Shown here one piece after another: positions 40,885 to 50,204 of a stretch of 64,000 bases of DNA (positions within the stretch are counted from its first letter, which is position 1; every line of letters begins with the position of its first letter). The position numbers and the translations under genes are program-made. The notes beneath the pieces were generated by a model. That model did not search any database, was not told the DNA's origin, and saw nothing but the letters and a program-made list of their open reading frames with translations. This stretch comes from Alphaproteobacteria bacterium (GTDB taxonomy: Bacteria; Pseudomonadota; Alphaproteobacteria; UBA828): contig CBDEFM010000002.1 in NCBI GenBank assembly GCA_965237415.1, positions 2,560,001-2,624,000 on the forward strand, given 5' to 3'.

Positions 40885-41979
40885 ATGAGCGAGATCAAGT
40901 TCGGAACGGTCATTTCGGCGGTCGGCGAGCCCGACGCGACGGACGCGGAGCAATACGTCGAAGCGCTGGTGGACGCGGATCACGTCGCCCGGCTCGGCTA
41001 CGACGCGTTCTGGGTGATCGAACACCACTTCTCGGATTATTTTCCGACGCCGAGCCCGCTGGTGATGCTCTCCCATCTCGCCGGGCGCCATCCCGACATG
41101 GACCTCGGGACCTGCGTCTTGGTTCTACCCTGGTACAGCCCGCTCAGGCTCGCAGGCGAGATCGCGATGCTGAGCCAGCTCAGCCGGGGCACGCTCCACT
41201 TCGGCTTCGGGCGCGGCCTTGCGCGCCTCGAATACGATGCCTTCGGCGTTTCCATGACCGAGACCCGCGCGCGCTTCCGCGAGTGCCGCGAGGTTATCGG
41301 CAAGGCGCTCGCCGGCGGGACCTTCACCTATGCGGGCGAGTTCTTCAACATCGAGCGGCCCATCGAGCTCAGGCCGAAGGCCATGCAGGAGAGGGTGAAT
41401 TTGTACGGCGCGACCAGCAGCCCAGACAGCGCCGGCATCATGGCCGAGCTCGACCTCCCCATGATCCGGGTCTCGAACTTCCCGATGCACTTCCACAGCA
41501 ACGACTTCGCCCGCTGGAATGACGAGACTCTCCGGCGGGGCGGCTCCACCGACGTCACCCGGCCGATCCTGATCCACGCGGTGCTGGCGGATACCGACGA
41601 AGATGCGGATGCCCTCGCGAAGGTCCATCTGTCGCGCTACTTCGAGAAGGTGGTCGAGCACTACGAGGTCGACGCCGACCCCTGGAAGGAGCTGGAAGAA
41701 TTCAAGGCCTTCAGCAAGTTCATGGCCACCTCCAAGAAGCTGACCAACCCGGACAATCTGGGTCCGTGGCTCGACCTCCAGCTGGTCGGCCGTGCCGAAA
41801 CCGTGTGCGAGAAGCTCCAGGCCTATGTCGATCTCGGCTTCAACCACTTCATCCTGCAGAACGCGACCTACGGCATGCCACGCGCCTATCGTCACGAGAT
41901 GTGGGAGCGCTTTGCGCGCGACGTGGTCCCCCACTTCGCCGCCCAGCCCGCGCCTGCGCGGCTCGTGTCCGGCGGTTAG
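40885..41979 (+). CDS. LLM-class flavin-dependent oxidoreductase
   Basis: WVIEHHF, PSPL, PLRLAGEIAML, FGFGRG luciferase-like motifs; GAGGAG RBS. Confidence 0.9.
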   Translation: MSEIKFGTVISAVGEPDATDAEQYVEALVDADHVARLGYDAFWVIEHHFSDYFPTPSPLVMLSHLAGRHPDMDLGTCVLVLPWYSPLRLAGEIAMLSQLSRGTLHFGFGRGLARLEYDAFGVSMTETRARFRECREVIGKALAGGTFTYAGEFFNIERPIELRPKAMQERVNLYGATSSPDSAGIMAELDLPMIRVSNFPMHFHSNDFARWNDETLRRGGSTDVTRPILIHAVLADTDEDADALAKVHLSRYFEKVVEHYEVDADPWKELEEFKAFSKFMATSKKLTNPDNLGPWLDLQLVGRAETVCEKLQAYVDLGFNHFILQNATYGMPRAYRHEMWERFARDVVPHFAAQPAPARLVSGG

Positions 41980-42008
41980 AGCCTGATCCTGAGAGGCGGG
42001 ACGTTGCT

Positions 42009-42299
42009 CTAGATGTGTCGGGCAACGTCCATGCGCCGGTGCAGGATGCGCATGATCTCAAGCGTACCCGATCGCTCGCGGAAGTACATGACATGCGAGC
42101 CCACGCCGATCTTGCGGTATCCGGGACGGATATCTTCGGCCGATAGACCGACCAAGGTGCCGTCGCTCAGCGCTTCGCACGCCGCCTGAATGTCTCGCGT
42201 GTAGCGCTCGGCTTGAACCTCGCCCCAACGTCTGGCCGTGTAGTCCCAGATTTCCGCCAGATCAGCCTGAGCTGCCGGCGACAGCGCATAACCGGCCAT
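42009..42299 (-). CDS. parE: RelE/ParE family toxin
   Basis: LSPAAQADLAEIWDYTARRWGEVQA...RILHRRMD. Confidence 0.92.
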   Translation of the reverse strand: MAGYALSPAAQADLAEIWDYTARRWGEVQAERYTRDIQAACEALSDGTLVGLSAEDIRPGYRKIGVGSHVMYFRERSGTLEIMRILHRRMDVARHI

Positions 42300-42304
42300 G
42301 TCGC

Positions 42305-42541
42305 TCAGGTGGATTTTTTCCGCTCGATGAATGCGTCGAAATCGAACGGGATAGCAGAGCCGGATCGCTCGCCTTCGATCAGGGCTTCGCGCAGGGCCTC
42401 CACCCTGGCCTCATGCTCTTCGAGCAATCGTAATCCGGCCCGGATCACGTCGCTGGCCGAGTTGTAGCGGCCGGACGCAATGCTCTCGTCGATGAAACCC
42501 GCGAAGTGATCCCCGAGCAAGACCGAGGTATTGCGTGCCAT
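42305..42541 (-). CDS. parD: ParD family antitoxin
   Basis: NTSVLLGDHF...GRYNSASDVIRAGLRLLEE. Confidence 0.92.
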   Translation of the reverse strand: MARNTSVLLGDHFAGFIDESIASGRYNSASDVIRAGLRLLEEHEARVEALREALIEGERSGSAIPFDFDAFIERKKST

Positions 42542-42565
42542 GCTGATGCTCCCTTCTCGCCCAAT

Positions 42566-42582
42566 ATACCAACACTTGGTAT
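42566..42582. promoter_or_regulatory. Putative ParD operator
   Basis: ATACCAA-cac-TTGGTAT inverted repeat 25 nt upstream of parD. Confidence 0.55.
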
Positions 42583-42618
42583 TACCAGAACGATCCCGGG
42601 GCAAGCCCATCGCACGCA

Positions 42619-43431
42619 TCAAACCGGCCGCTCTTCCCTAAGCACGCCGCCAGTTCTGAGTACGCCGACATGGCGCGCGAGTCCGGTCTTGTCGTCGGTC
42701 TCGACCAAGACGGCGCAGAGGGTGGCGTCGCCCTCGGCGGGTGTGGCGCGAGGGCCAGGGCGTTTTCTCGTAAAGCGGGCGAGCGGCGCGTCCACGGCAA
42801 GACCGATGATCGATTCGTAGTTGCCGCACATGCCGACGTCCGAGATGTAGGCTGTGCCCTTGGGCAGAATGCGGTGGTCGGCCGTCGGCACGTGAGTATG
42901 GGTGCCCACCGCCAGCGACACGCGGCCGTCGGCCAGATAGGCGAGCGCCTGTTTCTCGCTCGTCGCTTCGCCATGGACGTCGAGAACGATCGCATCCACC
43001 GACTGCCCGAGCCGATGCTCCTGCAGCGTCTCCTCGACGCAGGCGAAGGGCTCGCCGATGGGGTCCATGAAAAGCTGGGTGAGCACCTGGAAAACGAAGA
43101 CCGAGCGGCCGTCCCGCGTATGCAGCAGCGCGCCTGCGCTCCCCGGCGTGCCCTTCGGGTAGTTGCGGGCGCGAACCAGCCGCCGGTCGGTCTCGATATA
43201 GCGTTCGGTGCCGCGCTGGTCCCAGGCGTGGTTGCCAAGGGTGATCACGTCGGCGCCGACCTGATAGAGGGCTTTGCATATTTCCGGCGTGATGCCGAAG
43301 CCGCCGGCAGCGTTCTCGCCGTTCACGATCACGAGATCGAGGGCGAGTTCCTCGCGCAGGTCCGGCAGGCGTTCCGACAGGATGTCGCGGCCGGGGCGGC
43401 CCACGACATCGCCGCAGAACAGGATGCGCAT
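42619..43431 (-). CDS. TIGR00282/YmdB family metallophosphoesterase
   Basis: GDVVGRPG, NGENAAGG, GNH, HGEATSEK, GTHTHVPTAD. Confidence 0.95.
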   Translation of the reverse strand: MRILFCGDVVGRPGRDILSERLPDLREELALDLVIVNGENAAGGFGITPEICKALYQVGADVITLGNHAWDQRGTERYIETDRRLVRARNYPKGTPGSAGALLHTRDGRSVFVFQVLTQLFMDPIGEPFACVEETLQEHRLGQSVDAIVLDVHGEATSEKQALAYLADGRVSLAVGTHTHVPTADHRILPKGTAYISDVGMCGNYESIIGLAVDAPLARFTRKRPGPRATPAEGDATLCAVLVETDDKTGLARHVGVLRTGGVLREERPV

Positions 43432-43456
43432 CCTCAGGCTCTCCTTGTGCCTAGGA

Positions 43457-44056
43457 TCAGACCGCGTGCGGGGTGATCGGCATGGCGCCGCGCTCGGTGA
43501 CGATCCAGTCGAGCGGTTCGTCGTGCGGGGCCCGCGGCAGGCCGGGCATGAGCTGCCCGGTATAGGCCAGGCCCACCGCGACGATGGATCGCGTCTGCCG
43601 CAGCGCCTGCAGCGAACGGTCGTAATAGCCGCCGCCGTAACCCAAGCGGTATCCGTCACGGTCATAGGCGAGCAGCGGCACCAGGAGGTGGGTCGGCTGG
43701 GCCGGCGCGGCGTCCTCCGCGGGCTCAGGGATGCGGAACGGCCCCCGCGACAACTCAGCACCCGGCGTCCAGATCCGAAACTGCAGCGCCCGGCCCTTGC
43801 CCACCACCGCCGGCAGACAACAGACGAAGCTGGCGCCGACGAGCCGGGCCAGCAGGGGCATGGCATCGATCTCTTCCCTGATCGCCCAATAGCCGGAGAC
43901 GACCGCGCCTGCAGGCGTGGGAACCGCAGCCAGGTAGTGGTTGGCGGCCCGGACTCCCGCGCCCGGCCCCGCCGCCCGGCGCGCAGACCGACGCCGCGCC
44001 AGCGCGTACTCGCGCAGCGCCTGCTTGCGGTCGTGGATTGCGGCGCTGTGAGACAC
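43457..44056 (-). CDS. ygfA: 5-formyltetrahydrofolate cyclo-ligase
   Basis: LVPLLAYDRDGYRLGYGGGYYDR; downstream of 6S RNA. Confidence 0.93.
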   Translation of the reverse strand: MSHSAAIHDRKQALREYALARRRSARRAAGPGAGVRAANHYLAAVPTPAGAVVSGYWAIREEIDAMPLLARLVGASFVCCLPAVVGKGRALQFRIWTPGAELSRGPFRIPEPAEDAAPAQPTHLLVPLLAYDRDGYRLGYGGGYYDRSLQALRQTRSIVAVGLAYTGQLMPGLPRAPHDEPLDWIVTERGAMPITPHAV

Positions 44057-44080
44057 GGTCGGTCTCCATAAGAGGAAAGA

Positions 44081-44242
44081 GGACGGCCCCGCCTGAACCG
44101 TCGCACCCAAAGCTTCCTCCAGGCCGATATGACCAGGTGGGCGCCGTATCGCCGAGACCGCAGCCCCGGCAGGGACAGCTCCCGAGAAGCGAAAATTGAC
44201 CGCGGGAAACAGTCGGTGCGACAAATCCGGCAGTAACCGTCC
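44081..44242 (-). ncRNA. ssrS: 6S RNA
   Basis: zapA-6S-ygfA synteny; terminal stem GGACGG/CCGTCC; alphaproteobacterial GGGAGCTGTCCCTG and GGCGCCCACCT segments. Confidence 0.88.
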
Positions 44243-44252
44243 GAAAAGAATT

Positions 44253-44606
44253 CTAGTCTTTCTCCAGGGAGCCGGCAATGTTCTCGATCCGCTCGGCCAG
44301 TGCCTCGACGAGCGGCGCATACCTGCTGTCGAGCCCCGCCTCTGCGTCGACGCGGGCCCTTCTCTCAGCAAGCCTCGAGTGCGATTGCAGCCGGTCGAGC
44401 TCGTCATAGGCATCGGCAAGCTCGTCGGCGATCACGAGGCAGGCCATGAGCAGGAGGCGGACCTCGCCGACCCTGCCCACGGTCTCCGAAAGCTCCTGTG
44501 CACGCCGGTCGACATAGGCCGCGAGCTTGGCCACGTGCTCTTCCTGACCATCGTCGCAGGAGACCGGGTACCGCCGCCCCCCGATGGTGACCGCAACCTC
44601 GCCCAT
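44253..44606 (-). CDS. zapA: Cell division protein ZapA
   Basis: VAVTIGGRRYPVSCDDGQEEH...LVIADEL. Confidence 0.92.
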   Translation of the reverse strand: MGEVAVTIGGRRYPVSCDDGQEEHVAKLAAYVDRRAQELSETVGRVGEVRLLLMACLVIADELADAYDELDRLQSHSRLAERRARVDAEAGLDSRYAPLVEALAERIENIAGSLEKD

Positions 44607-44614
44607 TGCCCGTT

Positions 44615-44926
44615 CTAGACTCCCAAGATCACGCGCAGCGACCCGATCGCGTCATCGAGGCGTTCTGCGACCGCTTCGTTGGCCTGACGCGTGGCGGCCT
44701 GGTGTTGCCTGGCGTCGGCGAGCGCCCGCGCAAGCTGCGCCCGCTCCAACCTGAGCGCATCGAGGTCGGCGTGCAGCGAGTCCCGCTCGCGCTCGACAGC
44801 GGCGATTGTGCTCGCCAGCGCCGGCGTATGCGCGTCTCGCGCCGATGGTCGGCCATTTGCGAGCGCCTTGTCGAGCCGCTCGACAGCCCGCTCGAGCCGG
44901 TCGCTCGCCTTCTTCAGTTCGGACAT
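44615..44926 (-). CDS. DUF4164-like coiled-coil protein
   Basis: Coiled coil ending RLDDAIGSLRVIL, directly upstream of zapA. Confidence 0.75.
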   Translation of the reverse strand: MSELKKASDRLERAVERLDKALANGRPSARDAHTPALASTIAAVERERDSLHADLDALRLERAQLARALADARQHQAATRQANEAVAERLDDAIGSLRVILGV

Positions 44927-44989
44927 GATGAAGTCGTTATTAGTCTTGTAGCGGGCTACAAATGTGATCTCCCCCCTGCCCGCGCCGAG

Positions 44990-45019
44990 ACAGTAGAACG
45001 CCGGCGGGGCGAGCGTCAA
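44990..45019 (-). promoter_or_regulatory. Putative sigma70 promoter of the DUF4164-zapA operon
   Basis: TTGACG-N18-TACTGT on minus strand. Confidence 0.4.
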
Positions 45020-45056
45020 CACGCACGGGCGTGCCCCTACCGTGGCGCAGCTCGGC

Positions 45057-46544
45057 TCAGCCCAGGTAGCGCCGCTGCAGGTGGGCCTTGAAGACCTCGG
45101 TGCCGAGGGACTTACCGGTCGCGCGTTCGAGCAGCGCCGGGCCCTCGTAGCGGGAGGCGAGGCAGTGGACGTTGGCCCTGAGCCAGCCGAAGAGGGGCGC
45201 GAAGTCGCCGCGCTCGATGGCGGGCCACAGATCCGGCTCTTCTCGCGCGGCGGCGTCAAAGAACTGCGCCGCCATCAACGCGCCGATGGTGTAGCTCGGG
45301 AAATAGCCGAGCTCGCCGACCGACCAGTGGATGTCCTGCAGACAGCCTTGCGCGTCGTTTTCCGGCCTGAGCCCGAGCAGGGCCCCGTGAACCTCGGCCC
45401 AGGCGCCGGGAATCTCATCGACGGCGAGTTCGCCCACGATCAGGGCGCGCTCCAGCCGATAGCGGAGCATGATGTGGGCGGGGTAGGTCACCTCGTCGGC
45501 GTCCACCCTGATATAGCCCGGCTCGACGCGGATCGCCCGCCGGTAGAGTGCCTCCGCATCCGCAGAGTCCCCGCCGCTGCCATTGAGGTGTTGGCCGAGC
45601 AGCGGCGCGAGAAACCGCATGAAGGGCTGGCTGCGGCAAGCCTGCATCTCGATCAGCAGCGACTGGCTCTCGTGCAGGGCCATGCCGCCCGCCTGACCCA
45701 CCGGCTGGTACCGCCACGCCTCCGGCAGGCCCGCCTCATAGAGCGCGTGGCCGGTCTCGTGCAACACCCCCATCAGACCAGAGAGGGCGTCCGCCTCGTC
45801 GTAGCGGGTGGTGATGCGAATGTCGCCGGCACTTCCGCCGCAGAAAGGGTGGAGACTGACATCGAGGCGCCCATGGTCGAAGTCGAAACCCAGTGCCGTC
45901 ATCAAGCGCCTGGCGAGGGCCTGCTGCGCCTCCACAGGCGCGCTCACCGGCGGCGGCGTGCCATCACCCGCCTGCCGCTCTTGCACGCGGTCGAGAAATT
46001 CAGGGAGAAATTTCGCGAGCTCGTCGAAGAGCGGATCGATGGTCGCGGAGCGCAACCCCGGCTCGTATGAATCGATCAGCCCGTCGTAGGGCGCGCAGAC
46101 CAGGGCCTCGCCCAGCGCCGCGGCCTTCTCGCGGACGAGGGCCAGCAGCGGTGCGAAGGCACGCGCGAAGGTCGGAAAATCGCTCGCCGGCCGGGCCTCG
46201 CGCCACACCATCTCGCAATGCGACGAGGCTTCGCTCAGCGCCTGCACCAGGTCGGCCGGCAGGGCGGCGGCCTCGCGCCAGCGCCGCCGCATGCGTGCGA
46301 GATTGGCCCGCTGCCAATCGTCGAGGGTATCGGTGTCCGCCTCGGCCTTGTCCAGCAGGTCACGGACGCTGGGATCGGTCAGCGTCTCGTGGCGGATCAG
46401 CGCGAGCTCGGCGAGCTGGGCCGCGCGCGGCTCGGCGCCGCCGGGCGGCATCATCGTCGCCCAGTCCCAGTGCAGCATCGCGGCCGCGCCGCCGAGCAGG
46501 CCGAGGCGCCGGAAGCGGGCTTCCAACGCGCCGTAGGCGCTCAT
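45057..46544 (-). CDS. Carboxypeptidase M32
   Basis: HPF, HETGHALYE, HESQ, IRVDADE, QDIHW. Confidence 0.95.
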   Translation of the reverse strand: MSAYGALEARFRRLGLLGGAAAMLHWDWATMMPPGGAEPRAAQLAELALIRHETLTDPSVRDLLDKAEADTDTLDDWQRANLARMRRRWREAAALPADLVQALSEASSHCEMVWREARPASDFPTFARAFAPLLALVREKAAALGEALVCAPYDGLIDSYEPGLRSATIDPLFDELAKFLPEFLDRVQERQAGDGTPPPVSAPVEAQQALARRLMTALGFDFDHGRLDVSLHPFCGGSAGDIRITTRYDEADALSGLMGVLHETGHALYEAGLPEAWRYQPVGQAGGMALHESQSLLIEMQACRSQPFMRFLAPLLGQHLNGSGGDSADAEALYRRAIRVEPGYIRVDADEVTYPAHIMLRYRLERALIVGELAVDEIPGAWAEVHGALLGLRPENDAQGCLQDIHWSVGELGYFPSYTIGALMAAQFFDAAAREEPDLWPAIERGDFAPLFGWLRANVHCLASRYEGPALLERATGKSLGTEVFKAHLQRRYLG

Positions 46545-46562
46545 GCTGCTCTCACCGTGCCC

Positions 46563-47309
46563 TCACGCCTCGTTCTCGTCGGGTTGCCGGCCACGGCGCA
46601 TGAAGATCACATAGATCACGCCCAGGCTGATCGCGAGCGCATACCAGATCACGATGTACTGCATGTGCTCGCTGCGCAGCTCGACCTTGGTCTGCCCGCC
46701 GATGGGCAGACCGCCCGGGTTGGGGGTGGGGCCGGCGTCCACCAGAAACGACAGCGCGGGAACTCCTGCCTTGGCCGCGAGCGCTTCCGTATCGGTCCAG
46801 AACCAGATGTTGTTCTCGGGCTCGTTGTCGGGCGTGAACCAGCCGGCGCGCCCGCCGGGCACGACTGTGCCCTCAAGGCGGAACATTCCCTGCATCTGAC
46901 CTCCGAGCCGGGTCTCCGATTCCTTGCTCTCCAGCGGCACCCAGCCGCGGTTGACCAGCACGACCGGGCCGTCCGCGCGCTCGAACGGCGTGATGATTTG
47001 GTAGCCCACGCGGCGGTCGTGAGTGCGTGCGGCGAGAAACATCTCCGCCTCGTGGCGGAAGCGCCCCTCCAGCCAGACCCGGCGGTAGGCGAAGGAGTCG
47101 GAATCGGCCAGATCGGCGGGCAGCATCACCGCCTCCGCCTGATGGCTGGTGCGGCGCTCCTCGTTGAGCTCGGTCTTCCAGATCAGGCGATGCACCTGCC
47201 AGGAGCCGAGCGCGAGCAGGATCAGGATGCCGGGGATCGCGAACCAGGTCGCCTGCCGCCGCGCGCGCGCGCTCGTCACCCGCGGCCGGGCGGGGTCATC
47301 ACTCGCCAA
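46563..47309 (-). CDS. SURF1 family protein
   Basis: LGSWQVHRLIWK, VNRGWVP, HMQYIVIWY; start uncertain. Confidence 0.92.
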   Translation of the reverse strand: MASDDPARPRVTSARARRQATWFAIPGILILLALGSWQVHRLIWKTELNEERRTSHQAEAVMLPADLADSDSFAYRRVWLEGRFRHEAEMFLAARTHDRRVGYQIITPFERADGPVVLVNRGWVPLESKESETRLGGQMQGMFRLEGTVVPGGRAGWFTPDNEPENNIWFWTDTEALAAKAGVPALSFLVDAGPTPNPGGLPIGGQTKVELRSEHMQYIVIWYALAISLGVIYVIFMRRGRQPDENEA

Positions 47310-47670
47310 AGCCGGCCGCCCTGTGCCTGTACTGGAGCGCGATCAGGAGCGCCTTGGCGGGCCGCAGAAGGACGAGACTCAACACGGTGATCGCAGGGAG
47401 CCAGAGGACCGCGTGGAGCCAGTAGGGCGGCGCGTGGGTAAACTCCAGCCAGAACGCGAGCGCGACGACGATGCCGCCCACGATGAACATGACGAAGACC
47501 GCCGGTCCGTCGGCGCTGTCATGCTGCCCCAGCTCGAACGAGCAGTTGCCGCAACGCGGGGCGACACGCAGGTAGCCGGCGAACAGCTTGCCGCGGCCGC
47601 AGCGGGGGCAGCGGGAAAGAAGACCGGCCTTCAGGACCGAGACCGGCGGATAGTAGCTGCCATCCGCCAT
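47299..47670 (-). CDS. DUF983 domain protein
   Basis: RCPRCGRGKLF..CGNC...DSADGPA. Confidence 0.9.
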   Translation of the reverse strand: MADGSYYPPVSVLKAGLLSRCPRCGRGKLFAGYLRVAPRCGNCSFELGQHDSADGPAVFVMFIVGGIVVALAFWLEFTHAPPYWLHAVLWLPAITVLSLVLLRPAKALLIALQYRHRAAGFGE

Positions 47671-47680
47671 GCCGTCTCTG

Positions 47681-48487
47681 TCAGCCCCCGCCCCACCAGT
47701 AGACCCAGATGAAGAGGAACAGCCAGACCACGTCGACGAAGTGCCAGTACCAGGCTGCGGCCTCGAAACCGATATGCTGGTCCGGCTTGAACTGCCGCTT
47801 CAGCGCCCGGTAGAGGCAGACCGAGAGGAAGATCGCGCCGACGGTGACGTGGAAGCCGTGGAAGCCCGTCGCCATGAAGAAGGTGGAGGGATAGATGCCA
47901 TCGCGGAAGCCGAAGGCCGCATGGGCGTACTCGTAGCCCTGGACGCCGATGAAGGCGATGCCGAGCATGACGGTGAGCGCAAGCCCCAAGACCAGTTGCT
48001 GGTGATTGCCGGCGCGCAGCGCATGGTGCGCCCAGGTCACGGTCGCGCCGGAGGTCAGCAGCAGCAGCGTATTGACGAAGGGAAGCCGCCAGGCGGGGAT
48101 CACCTCGACGCCGGGCGGTGGCCAGATATTGCTGATCGCGTCGGTCGGCATGATCGAGGCGTTGAAGAACGCCCAGAAGAACGCCGCGAAGAACATCACC
48201 TCGGACGCGATGAAGAGCACCATGCCGAAGCGGATCCCCCGCTGAACGACCTGGGTGTGCTCGTTCTCGACCAGCGCCTCGCGGATCACGTCGCGCCACC
48301 AGAAGTACATGGTGAGCAGAACGACGACCCCGCCGATGGTCATCAGCCAAATCTGGCCGGTGTGCATGAAGATGACCACGCCGCCGAGCCCCAGGCCGGC
48401 GCCGCCGAGGGCGCCGATAACCGGCCACGGGCTCGGCTTCACCATGTGGTAGTCGTGGTTCGCGGCCCCGTGTGCGCTATCCGCCAT
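47681..48487 (-). CDS. coxC: Cytochrome c oxidase subunit III
   Basis: YHMVKPSPWP, FIASEVMFF, TGFHGFH, AWYWHFVD. Confidence 0.96.
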   Translation of the reverse strand: MADSAHGAANHDYHMVKPSPWPVIGALGGAGLGLGGVVIFMHTGQIWLMTIGGVVVLLTMYFWWRDVIREALVENEHTQVVQRGIRFGMVLFIASEVMFFAAFFWAFFNASIMPTDAISNIWPPPGVEVIPAWRLPFVNTLLLLTSGATVTWAHHALRAGNHQQLVLGLALTVMLGIAFIGVQGYEYAHAAFGFRDGIYPSTFFMATGFHGFHVTVGAIFLSVCLYRALKRQFKPDQHIGFEAAAWYWHFVDVVWLFLFIWVYWWGGG

Positions 48488-49133
48488 AACTAGACTCGCT
48501 CCCTGGTCTCGGGCCCGCCGCATCAGACGGTCCGCCGTCGGCCGCATCCTGCGTCAGTGCGGCCTCCGTCACGCCCTCTCCGCGTGCGAAGAACGTGTAG
48601 GACAGTGTGATCGTGTTCACGTCGTCGAGCCGGCGATCCTCGACGATGTCGGGATCGACGAAGAACGACACCGGAAAATCGGCTCGCTCTCCCGGCGCGA
48701 GCGTCTGCTCCTCGAAGCAGAAGCATTCGATCTTGTTGAAGTAGACGCCCGCCTTCACCGGCGTCACGTTGAAGGTCGAGCTGCCGACGAGCGCCCGGTC
48801 CGACTGGTTCACGGCGTTGTAGACGGCCATGGCCATCTCGCCCACGCGCACCGTCATCTCGCGCTGCTCGGGCTTGAAGTACCACGGCAGGTCGCGCGCG
48901 GTATCGGCGTTGAAGCGTATGGTGACCAGCCGCTCGCCGATCTCGGCAGGCGCTGCGTCCGCAACCTGGGTGGTGCCGCCGAAGCCGGTGACCTGGCAGA
49001 AGAGCGTGTAGAGCGGCACCGCGCCGAAGGCGAGGCCCACCATGCCGCACGCGACGACGCCCAGAATGAGCGCGGTCAGGGCACGCCGGCGGCGGCCGTC
49101 CTTTTCGGGTGTGCGGGGCACCTCGGCCGCCAT
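48477..49133 (-). CDS. ctaG: Cytochrome c oxidase assembly protein CtaG/Cox11
   Basis: VPLYTLFCQVTG, NKIECFCF. Confidence 0.95.
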   Translation of the reverse strand: MAAEVPRTPEKDGRRRRALTALILGVVACGMVGLAFGAVPLYTLFCQVTGFGGTTQVADAAPAEIGERLVTIRFNADTARDLPWYFKPEQREMTVRVGEMAMAVYNAVNQSDRALVGSSTFNVTPVKAGVYFNKIECFCFEEQTLAPGERADFPVSFFVDPDIVEDRRLDDVNTITLSYTFFARGEGVTEAALTQDAADGGPSDAAGPRPGSESSYGG

Positions 49134-49134
49134 C

Positions 49135-49254
49135 CTACTCGCCCCCCATCCTGACGATGGTGATCAGGTAGAACAGGATCGCGAGCGCGAGCAGCGCGCC
49201 GCCGAGCACGAGGTTGCGGACCTTGCGCCGCCGCTCGCTGTCTCGGTCTTTCAC
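49135..49254 (-). CDS. Small membrane protein of the cox operon
   Basis: RRRKVRNLVLGGALLALAILFYLITIVRMG between ctaB and ctaG, as is usual in alphaproteobacteria. Confidence 0.7.
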   Translation of the reverse strand: MKDRDSERRRKVRNLVLGGALLALAILFYLITIVRMGGE

Positions 49255-49265
49255 GATTCCGTCCC

Positions 49266-50183
49266 TCATGGCAGGAGCGGGACCGGCCATGCCCGGTCGA
49301 CGAGCAGAAGCACGAAGAGGGCGAAGAGATAGACGATCGAGGTGCCGAAGAGCCGTTTCGCCGCGGCCGGGCTGCGATCCACGAGGACGCGGAACGCGCC
49401 GCCCGCGAGCAGGAGGCTCGCCACCAGCGCACCGATGCCGTAGACCGCGCCCGCAGCACCGGTCGCGCACGGAGCCAGGCTCATGGGCAGGAGGAGCAAC
49501 GAGTAGGCCACGATCCAGCGCCGCGTGCTGCGATCGCCCGCGACCACCGGCAGCATCGGCACGTTGGCCGCCTCGTAGTCATCGGCGCGAACCAGCGCCA
49601 ACGCCCAGAAATGCGGTGGCGTCCAGAGGAAGATGATCCCGAACAGGGCGGCCGAGGTGAGGTCGATGCCGCCGGTCACCGCCGCCCAGCCGATCATCGG
49701 CGGGAACGCGCCGGCAGCACCGCCGATCACGATGTTCTGCGGCGTGCGCCGCTTCAGCCACATCGTGTAGATCACGACATAGAAGAAGATCGTGAAGGCG
49801 AGCAGGCCGGCCGCGACCCAGTTCACCGCAAGCCCCATCAGCGCGGTCGAGCCCGCTGACAGCACGATACCGAAACCGAGCGCGGTGCCCGGCTCGACCC
49901 GCCCGGCTGGGATCGGCCGCAGGCGGGTGCGTGTCATCACGGCGTCGATGTCGCGGTCGTACCACATGTTGATGGCCGCAGACCCGCCGGCGCCGACCGC
50001 GATGCAGAGCACCGCCACTACCGCAATCACCGGATGAATGGTGCCGGGCGCGATGACGAGGCCGACCGCGCCGGTGAAGACCACGAGCGACATGACCCGC
50101 GGCTTCAGGAGCGCGAACGCGTCGGCAAGCGCGACCGGCGCTGCGCCTTCCGCGACCGCTACCCTCGCCGCCGGCTCACTCAT
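49266..50183 (-). CDS. ctaB: Heme o synthase
   Basis: [29 protein letters not shown]. Confidence 0.96.
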   Translation of the reverse strand: MSEPAARVAVAEGAAPVALADAFALLKPRVMSLVVFTGAVGLVIAPGTIHPVIAVVAVLCIAVGAGGSAAINMWYDRDIDAVMTRTRLRPIPAGRVEPGTALGFGIVLSAGSTALMGLAVNWVAAGLLAFTIFFYVVIYTMWLKRRTPQNIVIGGAAGAFPPMIGWAAVTGGIDLTSAALFGIIFLWTPPHFWALALVRADDYEAANVPMLPVVAGDRSTRRWIVAYSLLLLPMSLAPCATGAAGAVYGIGALVASLLLAGGAFRVLVDRSPAAAKRLFGTSIVYLFALFVLLLVDRAWPVPLLP

Positions 50184-50204
50184 CGCGCAGGACCCCGCTC
50201 CGGC

